DNA of 63,839 bases, counting the filler, from Craspedostauros australis (taxonomy: Eukaryota): the NCBI GenBank assembly GCA_030167865.1. It is 8 parts of 8 records of this genome, joined end to end, with 100 filler letters (N's around TTAATTAATTAA, not from the genome) between each part and the next. Parts side by side here need not be neighbours in the genome. Positions count along the whole stretch, not along the records: positions 23,888 to 55,169 come from JALAGF010004430.1; 7 more parts are not named here. The stretch is one strand, 5' to 3'. Every line of letters begins with the position of its first letter. The first letter of the stretch is position 1. Below the pieces are notes generated by a model. That model made no database searches. It saw only the letters and a program-made list of their open reading frames with translations, and had not been told where the DNA came from. Both the position numbers and the translations under genes were made by a program. Of the stretch, positions 33,382-46,689 are shown in pieces.

Positions 33382-35000
33382 TCAACCGACGGCTCGCTTC
33401 ACGATGCTCAAGATGGTGTTGGCCACCACGGCCTGGTCGCAGCAGACCACAGCATTTCCGCGTCCCGTGGTTGGATCGCACTCGATCAGCACGTACACGT
33501 TTTCCTCGCTGGCTGGAAGACGTCCCACAAGCCGGAGCTGGTTGCTGCTGTTGAACATCAAACCTGGTGCCACGGCTGTCAGTGCCACCTCCTTCACGAT
33601 CTTCATAGGAACCTGCGCGCGCACGGTGGGGTTGATCTCGAACCTGGATTCGGCTCGTTCGAGACCGTGCATGCGCGAGAAGGTCTTGTCAAAGTCTTGG
33701 GTCGAACTCAGCTTGCACGGCAACAGCAGCTGCCCAAGAGACGGCTTCAATTCGATCGGGAAGCCCGTGGTTGAGGTTCGGATCTCGAATTTCGCCGCAA
33801 TGTCACCATCGTGGTTGGATGGCTTGGCAAATTCGATGCACAGCGATGCGGATGCTTGTTGCCCTCGCTTCAATTCGACGATTTCCAACGGTGCTACCAC
33901 GCGCTTCGTAGCGATTGAACCGCTGTGGCTTGCACGGTTGAGAACCTTGATGCGTCGTAGAGAGGTCGAATCAGTTCTCCTGTTGGGTTTGCAATCGCAA
34001 TTGGACATGGAGTGGAAAATCGATTTCAACCATGATTGGGACAATGCATGTGAGGAAACGATACGATGATGGGGTAGTCCAATTGGATTGGTGTCAGCAT
34101 GTCAGGTTTCATCAGATGGCATGCCATGGCATCAATATGCAACAGTTTTTTTTGTAAAGTTGTATGACGCGGTGTCTGTACTTGAAGTCCCAAACAGCAC
34201 CTTTGCCATCGATAATGTCATCATTGTTATCACCTTGATGTCAAGCACGTATTGGCAGACAAAAGACGCACATGCATACACCAGCGCATGCACAAATGAC
34301 TTACTTGTTCACAAACAACATCTCCATGCACACGATGGCAGGGTTCGATGGATCCATACCCTTCAGCTTCAGCGCCTTTGTTCTGGTGGACCCACGGAGG
34401 TACTTGGCTTGGACTGCCAAGCCGTTGCAATGCTCGGGACGAACAAGTTGCACCCAGGCGCTACAGTCCGCCTCAGCAGCAGAGTTGATCTCTTGGCTTG
34501 CGTCCACCGTGACGGGAGCCATGACGAGGCCCTTGAAGTCATCCATGGTCGAAGACACTGTCTTGGCGGTGGCGTTTCCCGAGCTGTCTCCCATCGAGAT
34601 CAGCATGCCTGTCCCATTTGTAGGTGCAGCACCGGACAGCCCTGGTTGGACAATGCCTCCCGACATGACACCGTTGTCAGAATCGCTGGAGCTGGAACTG
34701 CTGGACGAATTGCTGTCGGAATCGGAGTCATCTGATGAAGAATCATCGTTGAGCAAGGATGGCACGGGTTGCCCCATTTGCTGCGGGGCTGGAGAGAATC
34801 CATCCAACAAGGTCGCACCATTCGTAGCTGTTGGCGGTGCCGAGCTCATGATGTTTCCTGAAACTGCCGTCTGGAAGGGATCGTAGCCAGCTCCCTGCCC
34901 TTGGACGGGGCTGTCATCGTCGTCCGAATCGGAGCTATCGTCATCGTTAGACGAAGATGATGACGAATCACTGGAGGCGTCGCTGTCTGAGTCTGAGTCA

Positions 35001-35035
<35 letters not shown>

Positions 35036-38000
35036 ATCGCTATCGTCACTACTGCTGCTTTCATTGCTGCCCGCGTTGTCACGATAGAAGTCTGAAGTTG
35101 ATTGGACAGGGGCTGCCGTCATTCCATGCGTTTGGGTGATTGGGTTGGAAGTCACAGTGGCAGACTCGCTTGGGTTGCGAAGATCTGACGGGCTGTTGGC
35201 CTTTGCCCAGTTTGGCAAGTTGAGGTATGCTCCGCGCGCCTTGTGATTCATCAAGCTGCTCAGCGTGCCAAATCTGAAGGTGGGATGCGCGGAGTTGTCG
35301 TCTTGCACCTTCAAGTACGAAGGACATGGCTTCCTTGCCAAGACGATCCTCTTGAACTGCTCTGTGCTCACCGCCTTGGTTGTTCCCAAGGCACCGTTCG
35401 CAATGTTGGCCGACTCGTCCATATCATGGGCGAATCCTACCGACCCGCGGACGAGTTCATACTCGAACCGAGCACGATCCCGGATATCCACATCGACATC
35501 GGCCTTTCCCATTGCCAACAGATGCTCACACAGCGGCCGCGTGGTTGCCGACGGATCGTCTCCGTTCACGTACTTGGACGCCATGATTTTGGCCGCAAAG
35601 TGGATTGCCTGCAGTTTTTCGACGTGCTCAAGGTGCGGGAAGATGGGATTCAAGAGGCGGACGAGCTCCGCACGGATCCTCGACTTGGACATGGACTGCA
35701 AGGCGATGGTGGAAATGGAGGATGCTGGGGATTGGTTCACCCATTCGCCGACGATCCAGATTGCCGATGCAAGAGACTCTGAGGGAAGCTTAACAGCGAC
35801 CTCCTTTAGATGGACAGATCCGGAGGCATTGTCACCATCGTCACCATCGGTGCAGTCATCATCATTCTCCGCGCTGCTGTCGTATGTTGCTGCGTTCGCC
35901 CCAAGATTGGCCGCGCGCTGACGACGAGAGAGGTTGTACACCAGCAAAAGAACGATTCGTCCGAAGGCTGCGGACTGAACGCCAGATGGGTCATCAATTG
36001 GGGAGGACGTCGCACTCATGCCGCTGTTGCCGGCATCGGAATGGAGCATGATAATGATGTTCTGCATCACTGTGATCGCTTCGCAAATGATGCTCGGGTT
36101 GGTGGATGCACGCGAGATGGCGACCAAGCCGTTCAGGCAGTCCAGAGCGATGCCGTTCGCACTTTCGCGTTCCTTCTGCGGGTTGCCCGATTTCTGCCCG
36201 TGCCGGTCGTACACAATGCGCGCCAGCTCGACGACTTTTCCAACGGAGCGAATGGTCGCTTTGACGAAGAGCTGGTCCGCATGCAGGATGTAGGTTCGGA
36301 GTTCGTCAAGGATGGCCTCGATGGCAGCTGGTTCCAACGCGAGCGATGTCAGGATGTCCAGCTTGAGAATTCTCGAGAACGGAGGATCCAGGCCCTGCAC
36401 GTTTATTAAATGAAATGGAATTGAGTTGGGAGCGGGGAGGGAATGCAATATGCAAAGTGTATGCATGCGCATGTGTGAGAGACAGTGCAGCGCGATGTTG
36501 TGCTGTGCCGTGCGGAGCTGTGTCTGGCAGTGGGAACAGACTCGCAGTAAGTTGTTTTGGGGCGAAAGTTGTAGAGATCCCTCGTCGTGATTTATGATAC
36601 TCTGCGTCAGTTTGCTTCATCAGAGCAGAGTTGATCATAACAGAACAGCATGGACTCGAGTGTGGCAATGGAATCAAACTCCACAAACACTGACAGTGAG
36701 TATGAGTATGAGCATGATACATGTTCGTACCTTGACAAAGAAATCGTTGAGGTACGGAGTGAATGCCGATGGACATTCTGTGACGAGGCTGCGAATGGAG
36801 GTGAGGGCGACGTATTGGATCTCACGACGGTCGCGATGGATGCGGACCAACGCCTTGCCCATGACGGAACGTGCCTTGACGCTGGACACGCCGCAGTAGT
36901 AGAGCAAGGAGCAGACCGCTAGGACGACACCCGAATTTCTGCTTTTGAGCAAGGGCATGGCAGAATTGAGGAGGAGGCGATGATCTTCATCCAGTTCCGA
37001 ATCTTCCGCGGACTCCATGTTCATGGCGATGGCGGGCACACCGGGGAGTCCCAGGATGTTGCGCTGTCTCATGGCTGACGCGGTGGAGATGGCGGGCCCG
37101 CCCGGGCTTTCGGCATACACCTCCTCCTCGCCGCTCTCGTCCTCCTCGTCGGAATAGAACGACTCGATGACAACACGGCGCTTGATCTTTTGCGGTGATT
37201 TGAGGTGGGACAGCGAATCGCTGCTGTCGCCGTTGCTGAGGCCGGGAAGGAGGTCCGATCCGCCTCCAGAAGCACTCTTGCGTGCGCTGCCGGAGTGCGC
37301 CTGCGAGTCCGCGCAAAGCCCCCTGCTCGTGCGTCGCACGCGTCTCGACCGGTCGATCTGCTCCGCCACGCCACCCTTCCATGCCTTCGGCTCCTTGAAG
37401 AAGGTGCGGCAGTACCGTGCCAGGATGTCGAGGGCCACCACCTGCCCCCACTCGTCCATGTCGGTGAGGTATCGGCAGATCTTGCGATAGGCCGGGTGCA
37501 GGATCTCCAGCCGGCGGGGGCACATCTCGCTGAAGGCGATGAGGGCGCTGGAGAGGACCATGGTGGAGTCGTCGTCGTGCAGCATGGTCTTCATGATGTC
37601 TAAGAGCATCTCCTTCTGCATGTCGTCGCACCAAGCGCTGAGCTTGGCCAGGGCGTTGGCGGCGCACTTTCGCACGTAGGGGCTGAGATCCTTGGCGCAT
37701 TTCTGGACGCCCAGGATCTGTATTTGCAGGATGTCGGCGATGCGGATGCTGCTGAGCACGCGCAGGGCCAGGGCGCGGATGAGCTGCTCGCTGTCGGCCA
37801 GTCCGCGCTGGAAGGAGTTGATGCTGAGGAGGCTGAGCTCCCGCGTGGTGGCGTCGTGATCGGCGTACTGCACCAGGTACATGTAGACCATCTTGCGGAC
37901 CTCGAGGTTGTGGACGCCGACCAGCTTGACGACGTGGGGGTAGAAGTCTGAGACGTCGCGTCCCTTGGAGATGCTGGCGAGGAGCCACTTCATGCCCTTT

Positions 38001-38233
38001 TGCAGCTCCGGGGTGGAGTTGGGGTTGGAGGGGTCGGAGGTGGACAGGGAAGTGCGGATCGTGGACGGTGAGATGGTCTCCTCCCAGAACTGCGCGTCGC
38101 CCATGGTGCTCAGCGCGGAGGCCAGCTGGTTGTTGAGGATGGCGGTGGGGTCGCCTGAAGTGATGCCGGACGGCAGTTTCATCATGTTCATCCCCATGTT
38201 CATGTTCATATTCATGTTCATCTTGGCAGTCAC
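33382..38233 (-). CDS. AP3B: AP-3 adaptor complex subunit beta; exons 38233-36731, 36394-34305, 33979-33382
   Basis: Adaptin_N motifs MKWLLASISKGRDVSDFYPHVVK, LLSINSFQRGL, IRALALRVLSSIR, SPYVRKCAANAL and DMDEWGQ; D.DIRDRARF; acidic Ser-rich hinge; ear domain; splice sites in phase. Confidence 0.93.
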
Positions 38234-39051
38234 CGTGTTGGGGTAGAGGAGTTGATTGTGTTGCTTGTGTTGCTTGTATTGGCTGTGTTGATTGTATGGG
38301 TGGTGGCAGCTGCGGTTGTGTTTGCGCTGTCGGCAGTATCAATAACGCAGCTGCTTTCGCATTTGCATCCGCTCCCGTTCACGACTCTTCCACTGGATGC
38401 TCCAATCAATGGGTCAAGAGGTTGCAGTGTACTGCAGTCGCTGTGTGCGATGGGTGACAACGGCAACCAGGTGAAGGTGCAGCAGAAAAGTCTGTATGTC
38501 TGGATCTCAGCTGGTTCGTCAAATGGAGTGTTGTGTGTTGGGTGTTGGGTGTTGTTGGGTGTGCTGCTACAGATGCCGCCAGTCGTAGTCGTACGAGCGC
38601 CAGGTGCACGGAAGAGGGTGTGTGGTGCTCTTTCTCTCTCTCTCTCCTTGCTTGTGTTCGTGGTTGCGGTTGTGTCTGGGGTGTCGTGATCTTTGGGGCG
38701 AACAGTTTTCGGGAATGCTTGTTGCCTCGCAATCACACTCACACCCACACACAAACACGAACACAAGGATCCATTTGCCACCACACGACAAAATTAGAGA
38801 CCCGTGTTGAGTCCCGCCACTCTGCGCAGAAGGTGTAGTTCTCGAAGCCACAAAGACCAACGAAGATCGGAGCCAGCAACAGGCGCCAAGTACCCACAGA
38901 CCGAACAAGTTAAATGAGAAAGCGATACAGAACTAAACAAGCAGAGGACGACAAGCGCGAGAGAGAGAGAATTGCTGAAGGACTTCTGTGTGTGTGTTTA
39001 ATTCGTAGACTTAGTGCGCGTTCTTTACAGTTGAGGGCTCCGGTTGAGCAC

Positions 39052-39783
39052 TTAGTTGGCGCCACATTCGTACGAGTTCTGGGACAGGATGAGTGCGACA
39101 ATAAGACCTGTGGTTTGTTGGTGCAGATAGGTTAGTTGGGAGGAACCATTCAAAGAGAGAAGGCAGAGGGGAGCTTGTGAGTGTATGCGAGTACAGGATG
39201 CTGTACTCATGCGCAACTGCGTGCTGCGTGAATACGAGAGGTGTCGCACTTCATCGTATCGACACAGCTGCGTATTGAGTGCTGAGCTTTCCGCAGTAGT
39301 GTTCTTGGCCGGATGTGTGAACTTACCGTACAGACCAAGAGCCTCGGCGAAAATAAGAATCAAAATCATACCGACGAAGAGCTTCTCCTGCTGTCCGACC
39401 GCTCGGACACCAGCATCTCCGACAATTCCAATGGCCATACCGGCGGCGAGGCCCGACAGTCCACAGCAGAGTCCAGCAGCGAGGTGGGCGAATCCGGTGT
39501 ACAGACTGTATGCGCTGACTCCGCCCTGTGGGGCTGTGATGGATCCCTGGATGATAACGGCGACGATGAGTCCGTAGATACCCAAAACTCCAGCCATGAC
39601 CACTGGGATGATGTTACGCATGACGAGACCTGGGTTCATGACACCCATGGAGGAGATACCGACTCCGGACTTGGCAGTTCCGTATGCGGCACCGATGTTC
39701 GCGAAGACGAGGGCGGATGTGACCCCCATGAATCCGAAGAATGGGGCAGATGCCGGGCATGTTTCTGTGATGGCGCTACTCAT
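39052..39783 (-). CDS. ATP6V0C: V-type H+-ATPase 16-kDa proteolipid subunit c; exons 39783-39327, 39107-39052
   Basis: [34 protein letters not shown] and [20 protein letters not shown] with the essential Glu; one GT-AG intron. Confidence 0.97.
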   Translation of the reverse strand: MSSAITETCPASAPFFGFMGVTSALVFANIGAAYGTAKSGVGISSMGVMNPGLVMRNIIPVVMAGVLGIYGLIVAVIIQGSITAPQGGVSAYSLYTGFAHLAAGLCCGLSGLAAGMAIGIVGDAGVRAVGQQEKLFVGMILILIFAEALGLYGKFTHPAKNTTAESSALNTQLCRYDEVRHLSYSRSTQLRMSTASCTRIHSQAPLCLLSLNGSSQLTYLHQQTTGLIVALILSQNSYECGAN

Positions 39784-41163
39784 TGTGAATGTTGTGGTGG
39801 TGGTGGTGTTGGCGGTAGGGTGGGTTTGGAAGACTTGCGCTGTTGGCTGCTGCGTCAATGCGTTCGTAGGTGATGGTTCAATGCAGAGAAAAGTTGTTCG
39901 AATAGCCCAGAATTCATCAAGTCGCAATCCAGTTGTGTTGGCGTGGATTATGACGGTGCAAGAGCAGCCACGGTGGTAGTTCGGGCAGGAGATGGTGAGG
40001 GATGAGGTGTGAGTACTCGTTCAAAGCTGAGATCAGAAGCTGGGTGCAGCAACAGCAACAGCAACAGTCACAGCCGCTTGCGTATCGACGGGCCCCAGCG
40101 GTATCTGTGTTTTGCCCAATCAAGTCGTGCCGCATCCCATCGCGAGAGTTTGGCTCGTGTTTGCCGCAGCTCAGCGAATCCGTTGAATTCAATGCCGAAG
40201 CTTCGGACGTCGTCACGACCATCCCGTCTTCATGCTGGCCGCCACATTCATCTGGACGTCCCTCCCTCATCGCAAGGCAGGCCATCTTGATTCGTTCATC
40301 CGCCATCGTCACCGCCAGCATCGACCAGCATCAACACCCATCATACCTTGAGAATTTGCTTGGATCTGGTGGTATGGATGCTCCGTGACGAATCAGGCTT
40401 GTTGTTGCTCCGTTGGTTGCTTCTGTTGCTCCTTTCGCCACCACCGTTGTTGGTGTTGGCGTTACTGGTCAGATCCGTCTCTGTTTCTTCTGCTGTGGCC
40501 GACACGAGCAGGAATCGCCCGCATTTGTCGCGCTGTTCGTCGTTTCGTCGTTTCGTCATGTGTCTGCCTCACCACATTCAATGCCAATCGCACTCGCTTG
40601 CGCGCCAGGGTTCGCACATACAAGGATTTCGATTTATTTCGCCCACCAGTCCGACCTGCCTTGTCCAACCAGTCTTGTTTGAACACACGAATCTACCAAT
40701 TGGCCGACAAACTCGATACAAACTATCAACGCAATAGAATTCGTCATCTAACCTAGTTAATGCGTCATCGTGACGTAATGTATGACGTGTTGATATCACG
40801 CACTCGTGAATGAGAGAACCCACGATCCATGCATGACCCAGCGATCCAAAAACGAAAATGGAGACTCGGACACAAAATGACCGTGACACCGCCATCTCCC
40901 TCCTCGCGATTTCGCTTCTTCCTTGTGTGTGGCATCGCTGCGATCTGCGCAGCTCGTGGGTAATGCGTAACCCGCGAGCATCTCATCTCATCTTATCTCA
41001 ACCTTCATCCTCGATCAGAGCCATAGCTCGAAGCAACAGTGAATACCAAAACATCGACTCTCTCCTCGTCGCACGATACGGCTATTCGTACAAGTGCACG
41101 GCGTGTTCTTTCATATAGTACTAGTGCTCCACATCGGCTCGTCCGATCATCGATTTGGGCACA

Positions 41164-43146
41164 ATGGCTTCTCCTCAACATGAAGTCAAGGATCACGACG
41201 ATGTAGCCACAGGCTCGTATGCCAACGTTGACATTGATGTCGAGGCGAGCATGCAGCAGGATGATGCCAAGGCATCTACCATCTCGTCGTCAGCAACGCC
41301 GATGGCAGGACCGTCATCGACGCCGAGGCAACGGACTGCAGCGACGTTGACGGCGTCAAGATCAAGATCGTCATCGCCTTCGAAGTCAAGGTCGACGTCG
41401 GCGACTCCGCCATCCACGCCCAGAGCCAACACACCAAGAACAACGAGGGGCGCCTTGGGCAGGACGCGATCGGGCACGGCGGGCAGAGCGCAGCAGCAAC
41501 AGCAGAGGGTGCCGCTCTCGAAGTTGGTCGCCCTTTTCGGAGCAATCCTGGTGGTCACGCAGATCATCGTGATCCCCATCCTCATGCCATCGGCGGCGAT
41601 ATTCGTCGTGCCCACGATGGACGAGATATCCTCCTACTTCTCAGACATGTTCGATTTCGAGACGGATGCCATCTTCAACAACGTCCGCGTTACGCTGAAG
41701 TACGACGGTGACAAGCCGCTGGAGTCATTCATCAATTGCGTCGGCGACACCCTGGACGCGGACACGGCCTGGATGTACAGGTCGTGCCGCTTCTCCAACC
41801 TCTGCCTCGACACGAACACGTCCAAGTTCTTCGTGGTGGTGCGACCGGACAAGCCTCATGCAGGTGCGGGTGTAGATCCAGACGACGGCATGAATGAAAC
41901 GCAGACGAAACCACCGTTGTCGGGGATGTACAGCTCCACATTCATGTCGGCTGTGACAGGGGCAGCATCGTTTCAGGGCGACAAGTCCATGGCCATCGGC
42001 GGGATCAACCCCAGATGGGATAGCAACGACAAGCATCATGGCATCGACAAGATGAAGTGGTTTCCGGATGTTCGGTCGGAGGCACCAGAGAAGTACTACC
42101 AGCTTCCAAGCCGGGTGCTCATGGTCCCCTTCCATTCCATGGGAGGTCACAACGTGGGTCATCTCGTATGGGACGATCTTCTGCCCATCTTCAATCTCCT
42201 GCACATCTTTGGAATGATCGGCATCGATGGACTGGAGCACATGTTGCTGCGGTGGAAGGCACGCGGGCGCATGTATGGTGGCTGCGACATCAAGGAGGCA
42301 AAGGCAGAGAAGTGCGCGGCCAACTTCGAGCAATTTCTGCCCCTCATGGGCGTAGACCCAGAGACCTTCTCGACCGTGGACAAGACGCGCCTGGCCAGTC
42401 TGGACGGCACTACGCACAAGCTGCAATCATCGGTGGTCTGCGTCAAGCATGCCGTTGCGGGAATTGGCAAGCTGACGGATCATGGCAAGAACGACCACGG
42501 CTGGGATCGGCTCAGTGAGTTCCCGCCGCCTCCGCAACCACAGGGAGCCGACCCAGCTTCTGCAGGCGCCCATCAAAGCCAGATGGATCGAGTCAACGTC
42601 CAGAACACAGGTCGGGGATCGTTGCTCTACGACTTCCGCACCTACGTCATGTACAATATGGGCCTGCCCATCGAATCGCCAGAATTCTCGCAACAGCCAA
42701 TGAAGATCGTGTTCTCGATGCACTCATCGTCGGAGGAGGAGCGCAACGTCGATTTCAACAAGCAGATCGAGCACGTTACGAAGCAGCTGCCGAATGCGGA
42801 TGTGGAACAGGTGGAGCTTTCCAAGATGAGCGTCTATGATCAGTTATCATTGGTGTCCAACACCACGGTGTTCGTCACGGCGGCAGGAGGCGGGGCCATG
42901 ACGGCAACATTCCTGCCAAGGGGCGCCTCTGTCATTGTGTACTACCCGATGACGGCTGGCTTCAACTACGGGGAGTACAAGCTGACAAACGCGCCAGCAC
43001 CACTGGATTGGGATCTACTGAACAACATGGGATACGTCAGGGTACACTGGATGCCGTTGGAGACGATGAACACGCCGGAAAGTTTGGACGCGCTGGAGGA
43101 TCTACTGCTGCGCGAGTGGAAGGTGATAGATGCGATGCCCAATTAA
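41164..43146 (+). CDS. Glycosyltransferase family 61 (DUF563)-like type II membrane protein
   Basis: Single N-terminal TM; RSC.F.NLC, N.GH..WDD..P, QL..V..T.VFVT..GGG...A.FLP.GA.VI. Confidence 0.78.
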   Translation: MASPQHEVKDHDDVATGSYANVDIDVEASMQQDDAKASTISSSATPMAGPSSTPRQRTAATLTASRSRSSSPSKSRSTSATPPSTPRANTPRTTRGALGRTRSGTAGRAQQQQQRVPLSKLVALFGAILVVTQIIVIPILMPSAAIFVVPTMDEISSYFSDMFDFETDAIFNNVRVTLKYDGDKPLESFINCVGDTLDADTAWMYRSCRFSNLCLDTNTSKFFVVVRPDKPHAGAGVDPDDGMNETQTKPPLSGMYSSTFMSAVTGAASFQGDKSMAIGGINPRWDSNDKHHGIDKMKWFPDVRSEAPEKYYQLPSRVLMVPFHSMGGHNVGHLVWDDLLPIFNLLHIFGMIGIDGLEHMLLRWKARGRMYGGCDIKEAKAEKCAANFEQFLPLMGVDPETFSTVDKTRLASLDGTTHKLQSSVVCVKHAVAGIGKLTDHGKNDHGWDRLSEFPPPPQPQGADPASAGAHQSQMDRVNVQNTGRGSLLYDFRTYVMYNMGLPIESPEFSQQPMKIVFSMHSSSEEERNVDFNKQIEHVTKQLPNADVEQVELSKMSVYDQLSLVSNTTVFVTAAGGGAMTATFLPRGASVIVYYPMTAGFNYGEYKLTNAPAPLDWDLLNNMGYVRVHWMPLETMNTPESLDALEDLLLREWKVIDAMPN

Positions 43147-43457
43147 ACTGGAGCCGCCACCGCCGTTCTTCTGATTCTGCGTCTTCTTTGATTTGACAAT
43201 GCGGTTGCCTCTTCCTGGTTGAATTGGGGTCGTTCGTGGGTATTATCCGTGGGTACAGAATCATACTCCTGTGGACTAGCAATCCCATCCGAGCCAAAGA
43301 TCTTCTTTCCAACAATGGCACTCTGTTGAATTGGTTGGCTGAAAGAGAGGTGACATACATTCTGCGTACGTGGAATATGTAGTGGAATAGGACAAACATG
43401 CTTGTTGCCAATCTCACATCGAATGATAGCTCGTATTGTACTCTCTGTGCAGAAGCA

Positions 43458-44438
43458 TCACGAATCATTGCCCGATTGTAATCGTAACTGCTCCTGCAAC
43501 TGATCGATCTCCTTTCGCAGATTATCGCGCGCCAGCCCATCGAACGCATCGTGGAAGTACTTTGTACAGAATATGCTGGACTTGAGAAAGGTCTCCAGCA
43601 CAGAACTTCGACCCTTGCAATAGTCCGGGATGAATGGGAAATGATCGTATTCGTCTCGAATGCATTTGGCGTAAGATGGATACGCCGTGGTGGGTTCCTT
43701 GCCAAGCACCGCCATGTCGATGTCAAGGAACACGGCTTGTCCAAATACGGGAGATTGAGTTGTCACCATTGCATCGTCAGACTCAGTCGCTGTGTCTCCC
43801 ATCAATGAAGGCAACGCAAGCAATGTATGCTTCTGCGTGGCGAGAATGTACGTCACGACCTGCGATGCGACCCACGGAGATACCGTGATCTTCAGCGCCT
43901 TCGTGGTTGCGGTTGTGGCTGTCGCTGCGTCACTTTTCAACTCGCTGACAAAATCGAGGAACAGCCGTGCGCTGTCGATTTCGTTGGTGCCTGATTTTGG
44001 ATTGTAGACGGCGTCATGAAAGAAGATTGCCAACCGAATAATGCAGTCCTGGCTTCCATCCTCTTGCTGCTGCCAATTTTGAACATCCGGGATCGTCGAT
44101 AGCACGTTCCAGTACTGCAGCATCTCATGCAGATGCACGGCCGTGTGATACACGCGCTTGTCATCGTTCATCGATTCGGTGTGCTGTCGATACAGACGCT
44201 CGAACCAGCGGTCGGTGACTTGATTTCCGGCAGAGCCCTGGGCTGAAAACGAGTTATCAGGCGATCGCACTGTGGCACTGCCGCTGTTGTCATTGTCATT
44301 GCCGCTGCCTTTTTGGAAAGCGCGGTTCCATTCCACCAGCAAGGTCTGCTTCAAGGATCCTTCATGTTTGCAGTCGCTCGCGTCAAAGCATGCGTTCGTC
44401 GCGGCCTCGCAGGACTGAAGGAGCCTCGTCACGTCCAT
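43458..44438 (-). CDS. HD-superfamily metal-dependent phosphohydrolase (COG4339-like)
   Basis: R.YHT..HL, FFHD.VY.P...NE..SA, T.KH, FLDID..VLG, IR.EY, Y..GR..VL..FL. Confidence 0.88.
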   Translation of the reverse strand: MDVTRLLQSCEAATNACFDASDCKHEGSLKQTLLVEWNRAFQKGSGNDNDNSGSATVRSPDNSFSAQGSAGNQVTDRWFERLYRQHTESMNDDKRVYHTAVHLHEMLQYWNVLSTIPDVQNWQQQEDGSQDCIIRLAIFFHDAVYNPKSGTNEIDSARLFLDFVSELKSDAATATTATTKALKITVSPWVASQVVTYILATQKHTLLALPSLMGDTATESDDAMVTTQSPVFGQAVFLDIDMAVLGKEPTTAYPSYAKCIRDEYDHFPFIPDYCKGRSSVLETFLKSSIFCTKYFHDAFDGLARDNLRKEIDQLQEQLRLQSGNDS

Positions 44439-46689
44439 GGTTCCGTTGCTGCTTCTGATGCTACCCTCTTGATTTCGTCGCTGGGAGAATCAGTGGTGTG
44501 GCTGGAGGTCGTCGGTGTCTCTCATCTTTGTTCTTCACATCAGTGCAACCCACTCAAGTTGCATTTTCTGCAGCGTTTGTGTGCCTTCGACCAGCACCTT
44601 CCAGCTCCGAAGATTTGGCGCGAGATTCGTGTTGTTTGGATCTGTTCAGCCTTTTTCTCATTCATGAACCATTCACGTATGAAACACCAAAATGACGAAT
44701 GTGCCACAATTCTGACCGTTTTGGCAGCTATTGTTTCGAAAATTAGTAACTGATCAGAAAATGGTTGAATTCAACGCAAGTTGCGTTGCGCGACTCACAA
44801 GAGTCATCGAAGAACAACCAAGACATCTGACAAATTCCATTTTGTCCTTGGTGTGAACAAGATAAAAAGCGAAGGCACAATGACCTGTTGAGAATGACCC
44901 TGACTCGCTCAAGATGACGCACAACGTTGTCCCAAAACGTCGCTGCGTGCGAGAAAGCCGGCTACAAGTCGCTTTTGCGCCTGTGCCAATCCATAATTGT
45001 GAGGGCCAAAGAAGCCATATTTGTGTCGCTGCACCTTCGCCGCTATCAATAGCTGTGTTCGACCCGTTGATGCGACAAGAAACGCAACCAAGACCAGTAA
45101 TTATGAAAAAATGGATGGATAAGTCTTCATCGAAATCACGAACTAAGTGTTCCCAATTTCCATACCACATCATGCTTCATCCTGGCATAGTAGTAATTGT
45201 CGCAACAAAGATCCTCTTTTGCCCTCGCTCACATCGACTTTCATCTGCATTGAGACCCTGCCAGTACACTGCGATATCATAGCTTGTACTGCTCCGCTCG
45301 TAGTGCGGGTGGCCCGCAGATGCATTCATTTGAGTATCAGCCCCACCACAACGACTATAGGCCGTACTGATACTGATGGGATGGAGATTGCGAAAGTTGC
45401 GTGGCTGCGTGCTGTGCATGTTGTGCTTTGATCGAAATGTCCACCAAGAAACAACTGCAACGTTCATAAAAAGAACTCTCTGGAGAGTACATAGCTCGTT
45501 TGGCACCATACGAGTATGTGAAACGCTCAGCTGCGAAGATGTAAAATGATGAGGCTCCCCCAGCCAATGCCTGGAAAGCGTTTCTCAATCCCCTACCATT
45601 GAAGCGGTTTCGCAAATCCGAGCGCGAAAGGACCGTGGTTGGGCCTGAAACTCTGTTTGTCCAACAGCGAAAGGAACAAAACAGAAGACGCCGACAGGAG
45701 GCGATGGTGCGAACTTTTTCTTCCTGTGTGTTCGATGTCCCTGACTGTGACGAGCCAGAGTTGTGTTTTCACAGGCGACACAAACGTCCAAATACCAAGA
45801 CCAGATTGTGTAACCGGGATCGTAGAATACAACGTCCTCCACACCCACCCACACAAGCCTTGCGACTGGTGGCAATTCTGTGTGTGTTCCATCGTCGCTC
45901 CGCAGATAGCAGACATTGCAAAGTAATCGCTCCAGACATAGCAGGCATTTGAAGCATCATCAGCATCGACAACATGTGCGCATCGGGTGCCCGCACAGCA
46001 CCTGATTTCGTGGCTCCATGTGTGCGGAGACGACGCCTGGGTCATCGCAAGAAGGCTCTCCTGTTTGTTGTACCTCCCCGTCCTGCACAGAGACAGAGAC
46101 AGAGATAACATAATCTGCGTGGTCAGACAGAGAGCGTGCGGGTGTGACTGCGAGTGTGAGTGCATGGCACACGGAAGTGGAGCATTCGTATTCGCTCAGA
46201 GCAGCAGCGCTCTCTGCTCAATTCGATGTCTGGGAACGATACAAGGAAGCCCCTTCGTCCACAGAACGTAACTTTCGCAGCCAGAACGAACAACAACCAA
46301 CACTGAACATTCAACACTCAACATTCAACAGTCGACAGTCGACAGTTGACGATCGACAACAAGACAGGAGTGGAGTGAAGCATCGTGGAGAATTAGCAAA
46401 GAGGCCCACACCCATCATCCAGCTGTCGACGCCTTGGGAATTGGTGTGGATACACACGAAGCGATTTGGTGACAGAAGTTCTCTCTCTCACCCTCGCTCT
46501 GGTGTGCGGTATCAGTACCAACGCAAGCGCTCGTACCACAGTAGTAGTCGTAATACACACCACATTGACACCTTTTGTGTGTTGACAACAACAACAGCCC
46601 AGAGCAACAGTCCAAAACAACAGGAACACCACCAACAATACCAATACCAATAACAATAACGACGACGCGCCCACGGACATCATCCTGAG

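Noticed and set aside
44500..46650. Short ORFs in the long intergenic region before the STAND gene
   Set aside because: No recognisable domains or coherent exon chain; no tRNA or rRNA structure seen here or elsewhere in the window.
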